In this document: positions 48,647 through 60,117 of the stretch, one piece after another
Layout of the letters: each line of letters begins with the position of its first letter
Position numbering within the stretch: the stretch's first letter is position 1
NCBI RefSeq assembly: GCF_947568905.1
Contig: NC_079173.1
Span: 37,262,001 to 37,326,000 of the forward strand
DNA length: 64,000 nucleotides
Source: Ostrea edulis
Lineage: Eukaryota
Reading direction: 5' to 3'
The notes under the pieces: generated by a model
What the model saw: only the letters and a program-made list of their open reading frames with translations
Database searches by the model: none
What the model was told of the DNA's origin: nothing
Made by a program: the position numbers and the translations under genes

Positions 48647-50713
48647 TTCGCAAAACTTTTACGATGATAAATCTTTTTTTGTGCTATAGTTAAATCAAAA
48701 CTTTCTCTACACAAACCATTTCTTCTCTAGAAAATTAAGGTTCTTACTTTCATTAATCAAAGGTCGAATGTTTTCAATAGAAATAGAATTGTCGTCAAAG
48801 ATTTTATAATCTTGGAAATCAAAATTTCTAAATTTTTTATTAAATAAAATTAATTACGATATCATTTTTCAACTACAGCTAACTCAAGTCTCAAAGTTTT
48901 AACTATAGTCAATCATTGTCTAATTGTACATGTGCTATAACAAATCAAACGTTTCAACATTTCACTGTCCAGAGTCAACCGCAGTTTTATTATAGTAAAT
49001 CAACATTTTAAAGTATTTGAAAAGTTAATCAAAGGATATAGGTATATTCTTTGAACGATAATGAAGGAAATCTTAACTATGGTAAATCAGATTTTCACTA
49101 TTCATACCATTAAGGTTGATCGATCCTCATGTGATGTCATAGGTTTTTGCAAAATCTTCATTTAATTAAATTTTGTGCATGATAGAAATATATCTTTGAG
49201 AGGAATTTTATTCACTGAATAAAATAAATTTGGTAAAGCAGGGTATATCCAGAAATTGAGTACGGTAGTATAATTGCAAATACCCCTCAAAGTGTAGCTG
49301 ATGTATTTGCAACATACTATGAAATTATATATGCTCCTAAAAACAACAGCAACTACGACGAGGAAAACTTGCAAAACATCACTAAATTATATGATATCAT
49401 CAAATCTGAAAACGAATGCGATAAACGCCTCGAGTACGAAATTTCCGAGTCGGAGGTAAACCAAGCTGTTAACTCCCTTGAATTGCGCAAAGCACCGGGT
49501 ATTTCTTTTTATTAGCGGAGAATCTTTTTGTAAAATACAGGTATATCCAATGATGCATAAAGGTGAAATAAGTTTCAGGTTTCTTCACTCGCAGTCACTT
49601 GGATTGAATTTATCTCATAAATACAGGTGGAATCTCTTTGTTGATTAGATGCAATTAAAAAAAACTTGTCACTCCATAGTAATATTATTTTGAAAATAAA
49701 AACTTTTTCTTTTCAGATCCAAATCATGAGTGTAATCGGCATGGGGCTTTATTTATATCTTAACTTGAATACAAAATTAATGAAAAAATGTACTTGGTTT
49801 TTTTTATTTCTTATGTTCATCGGAATGAGAATATTTTCTGTTAGATACAGGTATATCCATCGATGCATTAAAGTAAAATAAGTGTCAAGTTTCTTCACTC
49901 GGAGTCACTTGGATTATCTGATACGACCCTCTCCATCGATGATCTAACGAGGAATAAAATTATTTTCTCGGTGTCACTGCACGCATTCGTTTTACAGGAT
50001 TGAAAGCTTTTGTCATCCCGTGAACAATGGCATGCACTTTATTGTAACTCCGTTCATCGTTTTACCATAATTATGTTTACCATTGCAAATACGCCACTCG
50101 CATAATTTAACAACACCTCATTGAATTTTACAATGACCGTGTCAGGTTTTTCCGTATATCCTTATTGACTCGGAAAGTCCAGACTCGCATCCTTTGTTAT
50201 GGAACTACATATTCTGATTAAAATTCATAATGAAATTCTACCAATACACTACTCGCATGATTTTGGTTTAACGTTACCGGAATTTTACACAGACCGTGTC
50301 AGGTTTTTCCGTATCCCTTATTCACTCGGAATTTCCAGACTCGGGTCCTTTGTTATTTGAGAACAATAGCTTTATTGTTTACCCCCCTATACAATCCCTT
50401 TGATCTTCGATCCCGCTCGTATACCCTTATTCACTCGGAATTTCCAGATTCGGGTCCTTTGTTATTTAAGAATAATAGCTCTTTTGTTTACCCCCCCCCC
50501 CCATACTATCCCTTTGATCTTCGATCCCACTCCCTTTCTATTGTTCTCGATACCAATAGACATGGGTTTTTCCAGCTATTTTTAGCCTATGACGTCATCC
50601 ATCTATTGTCCTTAAGTAGGTCAAGGTTGTAATATGACCCCTTCTATTGTTCTCGAGAACAATAGGTCTATTGTTACCCCCCCCCCCCCCCCCATACAGC
50701 CTACTATACTACT
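48647..50713 (-). repeat. Right inverted arm (2.07 kb; lacks ~2.08 kb of the LINE)
   Basis: Reverse-complement match to the left arm, roughly 97% in segments compared by eye; LINE breaks off after ..AAAGCACCGGGT at 49500. Confidence 0.9.
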
Positions 50714-52276
50714 GTTGTTTTATACATATCACACTCCCTGTTGTAAGCACACACATACACAGTATTTTGTGTAAATACATGTACATGTGCGTTAATGACG
50801 TTTTGCCACAGGGGCATACAAACCACATGTATTCTTTTCATTCTCTACCCAAAGGTGTGACTGCTCACTAACACCTCTGTCAATGCCGAAATTTCAAAAT
50901 TTTTGTAAAAGGCTTTGTAAATTCTTATACAAACGTTTAACTTAATTCGCTTAATCAATTTATGATGCAAAATTTAAAGATAAAGTTGTTTTATAGCTTG
51001 TATACAATTCCCAAAGTGTTGATTTTAATCAAAATGATTGATTTCCCCCCGATTTTTTGGCATTATCTCATCTACATTAATCATTCTAATTTTTTAATTC
51101 CGTTCCGTTCCGTGTTTTAGCGACACCCTGTTTGCCCAACTCTATTTTGTATTGCTTATAGGAGTTATGCAATTGATATATTTTCTCCCTCAGTGCCATC
51201 GTCCGAAAATAAATATTTTCTCGACTATTTGATAATAAAACAAAACAGAAAAAGTGAATAGGTTGGTTGCGTTCGTTACAAGATCGCTTTTAATAAGCAA
51301 ACATCAAATCAACAAAGCTGAAAAATCATTAATTCAAAACTGAAAATGGGCTGGGTGGGAGGGAAGGCTAAGGCACAGAAATACAAAAGTTACCTTTGTT
51401 GCTTGTAACGAACCTCGCACTGCCCGAACACTGACCAGTAGTAGTATATATACTGGGCTCGTGCATGAGTTCAAAAACCCGCGAAATGTATTTACGGAAA
51501 ATAACGAAAACTGACGAAATGTAAAACGTAAAGAAATAAATTATTGTTCGTTATCTTCATCTTTCATATATTTAATACTTGTGTTATGTTTTGTTTAGAC
51601 TGAATATATTTGGAACTGTAAAAGAGACAGTGTGCCTTTTCGGTTTTATTTTATCATTGAGTAAATAACCGGGGAACTCATAGGGAAAATACATGTGAAT
51701 ATTGTCACCAGAAGTCACCAAAATTAGTACAAATTTGCTTCTTTTTTTTAAATAACACTCAGAGGTTTGCTATGGGATATGTAGATACGGTTCATTCTAA
51801 GATTGGTTTGTGTGTGTATGCGCGTGCAAGATGGCGAGTATTACGTATTTTGTTTTTCTTACTATTGTTCAGAAACTATTTATGATGGCATTATGAAACT
51901 TGTACAATGATAAACTATAGTCCGTAGATCTCACAGGAAGTAATATAGGATTAAAGAATCTTTTTGACGAATTTATCAATGTGTAAACTCTGACATTTTA
52001 CTAGGGAAATCTTTTAAAAACCCTCTGAAAAACAGCAGGGCTGGTGATTCGTGTGAGCATTGTGTCCCATGACCTTGTTGTGTATATAACTTGAAATGTT
52101 CTTTCATTTTTAAACCCTGAAAAATGAAATGTAAGCATTACAGAACTAGTATATTCTACAATACATTTAGACATACAGTTGTAAATTCATAGAATGATTC
52201 AGATTTGTTAGCATGATAACCCCAAAGTCATGATGGGAAAATCAAACTTCACATAACAACCTCTTATTTCTTACAG

Positions 52277-52438
52277 TGTTAATGGTCAAAACTCATGATT
52301 TGAGAGATCCACCTTCCAAACAGGAGAAAACATGGATAGAGAACAAAATAACTTCGTATTGGAATGGAACTTCTCTGTGAAAGTGCTGGATCCTATTTTA
52401 CACCGAAGGTTGCAGGGATTGCATGCTTGAGATAAGAG
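52277..52438 (+). other. Candidate 162-nt phase 1-1 exon with one in-frame TGA and a CxxC motif
   Basis: CTTATTTCTTACAG acceptor, GAG|GTAATT donor; LMVKTHDLRDPPSKQEKTWIENKITSYWNGTSL*KCWILFYTEGCRDCMLEIR; no partner exons identified. Confidence 0.35.
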
Positions 52439-54051
52439 GTAATTGATATTTGTATTGAAGGTTGCAGGGATTGCATGCTTGAGATAAGAGGTAATTGATA
52501 TTTGTATTGAAGGTTGCAGGGATTGCATGCTTGAGATAAGAGGTAATTGATATTTGTATTGAAGGTTGCAGGGATTGCATGCTTGAGATAAGAGGTAATT
52601 GATATTTGTATTGAAGGTTGCAGGGATTGCATGCTTGAGATAAGAGGTAATTGATATTTGTATTGAAGGTTGCAGGGATTGCATGCTTGAGATAAGAGGT
52701 AATTGATATTTGTATTGAAGGTTGCAGGGATTGCATGCTTGAGATAAGAGGTAATTGATATTTGTATTGAAGGTTGCAGGGATTGCATGCTTGAGATAAG
52801 AGGTAATTGATATTTGTATTGAAGGTTGCAGGGATTGCATGCTTGAGATAAGGGGTAATTGATATTTGTATTGAAGGTTGCAGGGATTGCATGCTTGAGA
52901 TAAGGGGTAATTGATATTTGTATTGAAGGTTGCAGGGATTGCATGCTTGAGATAAGAGGTAATTGATATTTGTATTGAAGGTTGCAGGGATTGCATGCTT
53001 GAGATAAGAGGTAACTGATATTTGTATTGAAGGTTGCAGGGATTGCATGCTTGAGATAAGGGGTAATTGATATTTGTATTGAAGGTTGCAGGGATTGCAT
53101 GCTTGAGATCAGAGGTAATTGATATTTGTATTGAAGGTTGCAGGGATTGCATGCTTGAGATCAGAGGTAATTGATATTTGTATTGAAGGTTGCAGGGATT
53201 GCATGCTTGAGATAAGAGGTAATTGATATTTGTATTGAAGGTTGCAGGGATTGCATGCTTGAGATAAGGGGTAACTGATATTTGTATTGAAGGTTGCAGG
53301 GATTGCATGCTTGAGATAAGGGGTAACTGATATTTGTATTGAAGGTTGCAGGGATTGCATGCTTGAGATAAGAGGTAATTGATATTTGTATTGAAGGTTG
53401 CAGGGATTGCATGCTTGAGATAAGGGGTAACTGATATTTGTATTGAAGGTTGCAGGGATTGCATGCTTGTGTATTGAAGGTTGCAGGGATTGCATGCTTG
53501 AGATAAGGGGTAATTTATATTTGTATTGAAGGTTGCAGGGATTGCATGCTTGAGATAAGAGGTAATTGATATTTGTATTGAAGGTTGCAGGGATTGCATG
53601 CTTGAGATAAGGGGTAATTGATATTTGTATTGAAGGTTGCAGGGATTGCATGCTTGAGATAAGAGGTAACTGATATTTGTATTGAAGGTTGCAGGGATTG
53701 CATGCTTGAGATCAGAGGTAATTGATATTTGTATTGAAGGTTGCAGGGATTGCATGCTTGAGATCAGAGGTAATTGATATTTGTATTGAAGGTTGCAGGG
53801 ATTGCATGCTTGAGATAAGAGGTAATTGATATTTGTATTGAAGGTTGCAGGGATTGCATGCTTGAGATAAGAGGTAATTGATATTTGTATTGAAGGTTGC
53901 AGGGATTGCATGCTTGAGATAAGGGGTAATTGATATTTGTATTGAAGGTTGCAGGGATTGCATGCTTGAGATAAGAGGTAACTGATATTTGTATTGAAGG
54001 TTGCAGGGATTGCATGCTTGAGATAAGGGGTAATTGATATTTGTATTGAAG
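52405..54051. repeat. 52-bp minisatellite, about 31 copies
   Basis: GAAGGTTGCAGGGATTGCATGCTTGAGATAAGAGGTAATTGATATTTGTATT; highly homogeneous, one shortened unit near 53465. Confidence 0.97.
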
Positions 54052-54825
54052 CGTCACGCCCACTTCTTAAGCATTTTCTGACTCGCAGACAAGACTGAAA
54101 AAATTCAAACTACAATGAAAGAATATACTTGTTATATAGACACGGTGATATTGAGCTCTCTGTTGTAATAAGTGATGTGAAAGGTTTTGTATTTTGATTT
54201 TCATTTTGTTTAAAACATATAATCTAAATGAAAGGTGAAGATAACCAACAGTGATCAATCTCATAATTCCCATAAGCAATACAAAATAGATAGTTGGGCA
54301 AACACGGACCCCTGGACACACCTGAGGTGGGATCAGGTGCCTAGGAGGAGTAAACATCCCCTGTCGACCGGTCACAACCGCCATGAGTCCTATATCTTGA
54401 TCAGGTAAACGGAGTAATCCATAATCAAAAGCAGTGTGCCATGAACGGCCTAACACTAAGTATGAAACAGGTTAGACAGCATTTGACCCAATGATAGGTT
54501 GTATTTGCAAACTAGATCGTTATAACGACCATAGAATTTGTGAAATGTTGACTTTAATCGAGACTGTTGAAACCCCAGTAACATCAACTTGTTTGTCAAT
54601 AGACTGCCTCACATATTTTTACTCAGAACCCCTTTGCATTTAATTTAGTAATTTCCGAAGACATTTGGCGGCAAATTATGCCCTTCATGAATTATGCTGG
54701 TATAAACTGTTAATTAATGCTTACCTCGATTTACAAATGTGCATGTATTTTCAACTATGTCCAGTCATGTTTAAAACATGACTGGACATAGTTATCAATA
54801 TCTGAGAGCAATTTAGTTCATACTT

Positions 54826-56170
54826 AAAGCTCAAGTCCGTCTGTCTGTCTGTAACTTTTCACATTTTCATCTTCACTAGATTGATTGTTTTAATGTTTTC
54901 CGCCACACCCAACAATTTTTCAGTTATCTGGTGGCGCCCAGTTTTGTTAGTGGAAGAGAGAACCCAGATACAATGTACCTGGGAAGAGACCACCGACCTT
55001 CCGAAAGTAAACTGGAAACTTTCTCACTTACCGGCGCGAGCGGGATTCGAATCCCGCGCCGACCAGAGGTGAGATGCCGTTTGATTTTGAGCGCGATGCT
55101 CCAACCACTCGGCCACAGAGGCCCATCTTCTCTAGAACAATCTTGATACACATCATCCATGGGTGAAGGGGATTAAAATTTGTTCAAAGGAAGGGCCATG
55201 TCCCCCTTCAAGGGGAGATAATTACAAAAATGCAAAAATAGGTTGGGGGTCATTTAAAAAACCACTGGGCCAGAAAAGTTGAAATTTACATGAAAGCTTT
55301 CCGACATAACGCAGATTCAGGTTTGTTCAAATCATGGTCCTTGGGGGTAGGGTGGGGTCACAATAGGGGATAAAAAATTTACGTGCGAGTATATAGGGAA
55401 AATCTTTAAAAATCTCTTCCTCAAGAAATTTACATGAAAGGTTCCTGACATAAACTTAGCAGATTCAAGTCTGTTCAAATCATGGCCCCTGGAGTAGAGT
55501 GAGGCCACAGTAGGGGATTAAAGTTTTACATGTGAATATATTAGGGAAAATCTTTCAAAATCTTCTTCTGAAGAACTACTGGACCAGAAAAGTTTATATT
55601 TACATGAAAGCTTCCTGACATAGTGCATATTCGAATTTATTAAAATCATGGCCCCCCTAGGGTAGGGTAGGGCCACAATAAGGGATCAAAGTTTTACATT
55701 CGAGTATATAGGGGAAGTCTATAAAAATCTTGTTCTCAAAAACCACTGGGTCAGGAAAGTTCAAATTTACATGAAAGCTTCTTGGCATTGAATAGATCTA
55801 TATTTGTGCAATTCATGGTCCCCCGGGATAGGGTTGGGCCACAATAGGGGATCAAAGTGTTATACGCTAATACATGTATAAAGGGAAAATCTTTATATCT
55901 TAATCTTAAACTATTTAAGGTAGGGATTTCATATTTTCTATATACATTTTTTTTAAAGAAAGACCTTTGATGTGATGCAATAGTGTGTAATCTTTTGACC
56001 TTGAACTGGAGGTTTGACCTACTTTTCATGAAATGTGTGTATACTTGATATACAACATGTCCTTAACTATTTACCGTATATCTTTTGCATTTTGTTTATA
56101 TATTTCTTATGGCAAGACTTTACATTCCATATCATAATCATTGATCTTGAACTCAGAGTTTGACCTACTT
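54826..56170 (+). mobile_element. Helentron-type HINE with ~165-bp central tandem repeats (oyster Cg170-like)
   Basis: GTCCGTCTGTCTGTCTGT microsatellite start; ACCACTGGGCCAGAAAAG units at 55261, 55577, 55742; TGACCTTGAAC 3' motifs. Confidence 0.7.
54881..55123 (-). mobile_element. tRNA-derived SINE inserted in the HINE
   Basis: Sister of 16211-16460; 13-bp TSD CATCTTC(A/T)CTAGA. Confidence 0.85.
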
Positions 56171-56262
56171 TTTAAAAAACATAACCTATAAGATATATAT
56201 GAAAAGGTTTATAATAAATTAAATAGAGACCAAAAAGAGTTTTCATTTCTCGTGTGAAACAT

Positions 56263-56383
56263 GTACTAAGTATGTTGTTAAACTTTTCTCTCGTCACTCG
56301 ATTTGGTCCCTCGTTTCAATTCGCTCGGCACCAAATCTCTTGGTACTTGGGAAAAGTTTGCCAACATATACATACTATGTATT
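56263..56383. repeat. Imperfect palindromic element
   Basis: TATGTTGTTAAACTTTTC / GAAAAGTTTGCCAACATA arms; inner ATTTGGT..ACCAAAT. Confidence 0.5.
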
Positions 56384-58413
56384 GATTTTACTAGACATGC
56401 AGAAACAATGAATGAAATATTACATTTTCACTAACAACACTACATTGGTAAATACTCGGGATTTTGCAAAACAGAACATCGAATTCAGGATCTCAAATAT
56501 CCGTTGATATGAGGCATAGTAAATTCCTTTACCCAGGTTTGTCACACTCGCTTCGTTCTTAACAATAAAACACCCATTTTGTGACGTAAACTATACCTAT
56601 GAAGACTTAGCCTGTTCCGAGCTGTGTTCCCTGGTTTATCTGATACAATATTTAGATAGCAAACAAAGCCCAACAGCGTGATTTGTCCGATGAACGCATA
56701 CACATAATTTTATTTTCTGCTTTCTCATTTCTGCTTACTCATTACATGTGTGTATAGTCAAATTATATGAAATAAGAAATCAAACGCATGTACCTATCTG
56801 GGGAGACATTACAAAATAAGCCATTTTTACGTGTCATTTTGGTGCAATACAGATTAACACGCCCACACAGTGTGCATAAAGTCCATTACGACCTGTCTAT
56901 ACCTGTACATGTTCCGGATGACTGATGCGCTATTGTATTTTAAAACAATAAAACCCATATTGAAAACAAAACATTTTTCATAGCATGAACTTGTTTATGG
57001 TTCCAATCAAATCGGTTTTCTGACATCATGTGTGCATAAAAAGATATTGTTTTCATTAATGAAATCACTATGACAACCAGTTTTTAATTAATATTCACGC
57101 AATTATAGTCACTTCGCGTCAATTTTGATCATTTCCTTCCAATCACGACACGCCATTTCCTGCGCTTCCCGCTCCAGTCGGTGCTATGGTACGGCGTTAC
57201 GGTACAAAGTGACGTAGTGTGACGTGTAACAGAGCGGATTTACCAAAATTATTCAAATACAATAAATAATAATACACTAAAGTAAAAACTATTTTCCACA
57301 ATTTAAACTGAGCTAACTGCTCAAAAAATGATTTGTTCTGATTCGTGGGATAAGCCCAGATCACTTCTGAGAACCGTTAAAGAGACAAAAATAATAAAAC
57401 AATCAATTACAACTTCGAGACGGAGCAATGATTCTTAGCTAATAAAAAAAATCAAAATGGGATGGGAAAACTTGTTGATTCAGATGCTGGCTCACTTAAC
57501 TAAGTATGTATCTTTTCTTATAAAGATTGTCCTTATTATTAAGGGAGATAGGGAAGGAAAAGCTTGTTCAGCCACGTCTAATCCCTGTCTTACCTAAGGT
57601 GTTTTCAGCTTGTCTTCTACCAACGAAGTGAGGAGCTGCAGTGACTGCGCTCTTTATATACTACCTAGACTGATTTTGATTGGCTGATAACCTTTCTTGA
57701 TTTTCAATGCATAAAAGAGTTCTAACATATTAATCTGAATTTTCTCTGATCATCACAGTAGAACCCCCACTTTTCCACCTCTGTTCATGTTAGTATTACC
57801 ACGAGTGAGGTTGAAACAGAGAACAGAACCATGGATGAATCATGAAATCTTAGATCTTATAGAGTAAAGAGATAGGCTCAAACTCAAACTTCATCCGCAC
57901 TATAAGGACTACTTTTCTCTGGAATGCGTCTTCCTTGTTCTAATTGTAGTGCTATCTATAGAACAGGAATTTCGCGGATTACAAAGCGTAAACGGCACCA
58001 AGTTACATTATATCGTATAACAAAGGTCAAAATTAGCTTCATTCCTTAAATATTACAATACATGCAAAAGGGCCATAACGACAGCCTATTATACATGTGG
58101 CTAGTGGTCCGATTCCCCAGCGCCACGCCAAACTTAAGTTGTATGTCATATAACTGTTATGTTGGCATGACATTAATGTTGAAAGTCAAAGGTGTCTGGG
58201 ATGCAACAGAAAAATGGGAGAAATTTCGTGTCAAGGAAGGCGGTTACTGTAAAAGTGGTTATTTACGCGTGGGAAATATTCACACAAATTATGCGGTCAC
58301 GTAATGAGTGTGGAAATTTACCTCGAGCGTATAGTTATAAAGAGTCAGTGTTGGAGCTGTGTCTTCATAGAAAACATCTGAAATCAGTATATGTCCTTTA
58401 TCATATTGATTAT

Positions 58414-59540
58414 AATATGTATACGGTGTGACCGTTGGACCGAGCGAAGCATGTACGTAACTATTTTGAATGAAATTTCCGTACGCTAAACACCCAGTAA
58501 CATCTCATTAAAGGAGTTTATATGGGGACAGCAGTTTTACATGATCCGCCTATTCATTGAAGGCGGGAAATAAAACGCAAGGCGACGTAAACTGTGCATT
58601 GTGACATCACATTTAGCCTCGACTTTTTTTCTTTTTTTCAAAGCAAACAATTATAAACAACAATAATACATTCCGTATGCAATGAAAAAGGCCGTTAAAA
58701 CTAGTAAACAAAATTAACCAATAAATTCAAAATGGTAAAAAAGTAACCGTAATTTTATCTAGCTGCAATAATGTAGCCCTATCCATTTGTTTTTAATTCT
58801 GACGTTTTCGGGATAGGGCTACAATTCCATAGGATCTCCGTAATGGTGCAAAATAATTTTATGAATAACCGATAATAAACTCTGTGTATTAGTCCCAAAT
58901 GTTGTTTACACCAAAAGGAGTACCAACTTTGTGCTCGGGCATGTCTAATAAAGGTGTTTTTCATTAAATACAATGTACAGCATGCAAAATTCTTCGTCTG
59001 CTCCGCCATACTTGTTATCGCGAGATCTCGTAGGTGGATCTAATGAAAAACCTAAACATTGACAATCAGCGCGAAAATGTAGTTACTCGAGCCACTTCGA
59101 CAAAGAAAGGAAAATCATATTGTTGCAGAAAGAATTTACACTCTGCTGTTCGGTTTTTAACTTGATATTAAATTCAAACCTTTTCAATACCGACGAAATA
59201 GCTTTCGCCTCCATACTTGTCCATTGATGTAAATACTACCTTATATGGCATATGCAAATGACTTGACAATCGGAAGTTGAAACTTCAGTACATCAAACAT
59301 GGCGCACAAATATGAATCAAGAAATTGGAATTTATCGAAATTGTTGAAAACGGTAGAATAGAGCCTCACAAATCTTAAGTTGCAGGTTGTAAATTTATAT
59401 ATTGACTAAGAAACATAGAATATCATTTTATTTACGTAAAGAAAGTCAGGAAATGTTTAGAATGAGCGCAAATGTTGCGGGAGTGAATCACTCCCGCATT
59501 TGCACCACTACGGAGATCCTAAGGAGTTGTAGCCCTCTCC

Positions 59541-59574
<34 letters not shown>

Positions 59575-59995
59575 GAGAGGGCTACATTATTGCAGCTAAA
59601 TTTTATCGTATATTCTTATTTAAAGAAACTCATGAACTCGTTCATCTATTTAGTCGTATTACGGTTTTATATGTATTTATTTGCTAAAACCTGTTACAAT
59701 GATAATTGTACTATTCACATTGAACAAACTGAGTATTTAAATTACGAATTGCACGTCAGAGTCTTCTATTATTGGCATTCAAAATAAAACACGAATAACT
59801 GTTGAAACAGGTAATGAAAAAATAAATGGCGGCGCCCATATGGATCACGAAAATTTCAGTGAACGTATATAGAGATTATCTCTTTTTCTTTTGCTGATTT
59901 TGACTTTTTTTTTTTTTTTTTTTTTTACATACGTGTTACCTTTAGAGCCTTGCTTCGCGGACGGGCCTTCGGCCCGTCCGAGCTTCGCTCAGTAT
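58414..59995 (+). mobile_element. Helentron/HINE-like element, copy 1 (carries a Mutator-like insertion)
   Basis: Subterminal inverted ACCGAGCGAAGC (58439) / GCTTCGCTCAGT (59982); 10-bp-stem hairpin CGGACGGGCC-TTC-GGCCCGTCCG at 59958-59980. Confidence 0.7.
58760..59598. mobile_element. 839-bp non-autonomous Mutator-like element
   Basis: TIR TAGCTGCAATAATGTAGCCCT; 9-bp TSD AATTTTATC; empty site visible in the copy at ~60527. Confidence 0.9.
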
Positions 59996-60117
59996 AATTA
60001 GAATTGAAAATGTATATGCTAATGCTTGCTTATCAAATTAATTTCACAGACGTTTAGCAACAAATTATTTTCTTTTTTCACACGACATATTCCTATGCGA
60101 TTGTTTTAAGGTAGTTT

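Larger units (their letters stand above)
33872..50713. mobile_element. Non-autonomous Polinton/Maverick-like element, 16.8 kb
   Basis: Both ends read AGTAGTATAGTA(A/G)GCTGTATGG inward; perfect 6-bp TSD GTTGTT (33866-33871, 50714-50719); kb-scale inverted arms; no pPolB, integrase or capsid ORFs recognised. Confidence 0.8.
32706..51128. mobile_element. Mutator-like TIR element (about 1.6 kb of own sequence) inflated to 18.4 kb by nested insertions
   Basis: TIR GGGTGTTGCTAAAACGCGGA / rc GGGTGTCGCTAAAACACGGA (18/20); flanks TATCTGCCC / TGTTTGCCC; splits a Penelope-like fragment. Confidence 0.75.

Noticed and set aside
51437-51460. AGTAGTAGTATATATAC as another Polinton-type terminus
   Set aside because: Similarity stops after about 9 nt, and no partner end or TSD was found.
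52286-54063. 541-aa and other long minus-strand ORFs
   Set aside because: They are translations of the 52-bp tandem unit, which lacks minus-strand stops; there is no domain, splice or start context.
57100-57510. CpG-richer patch followed by ATG..AA|GTATGT as a first exon
   Set aside because: No downstream exon or homology could be identified; promoter status cannot be supported from sequence alone.
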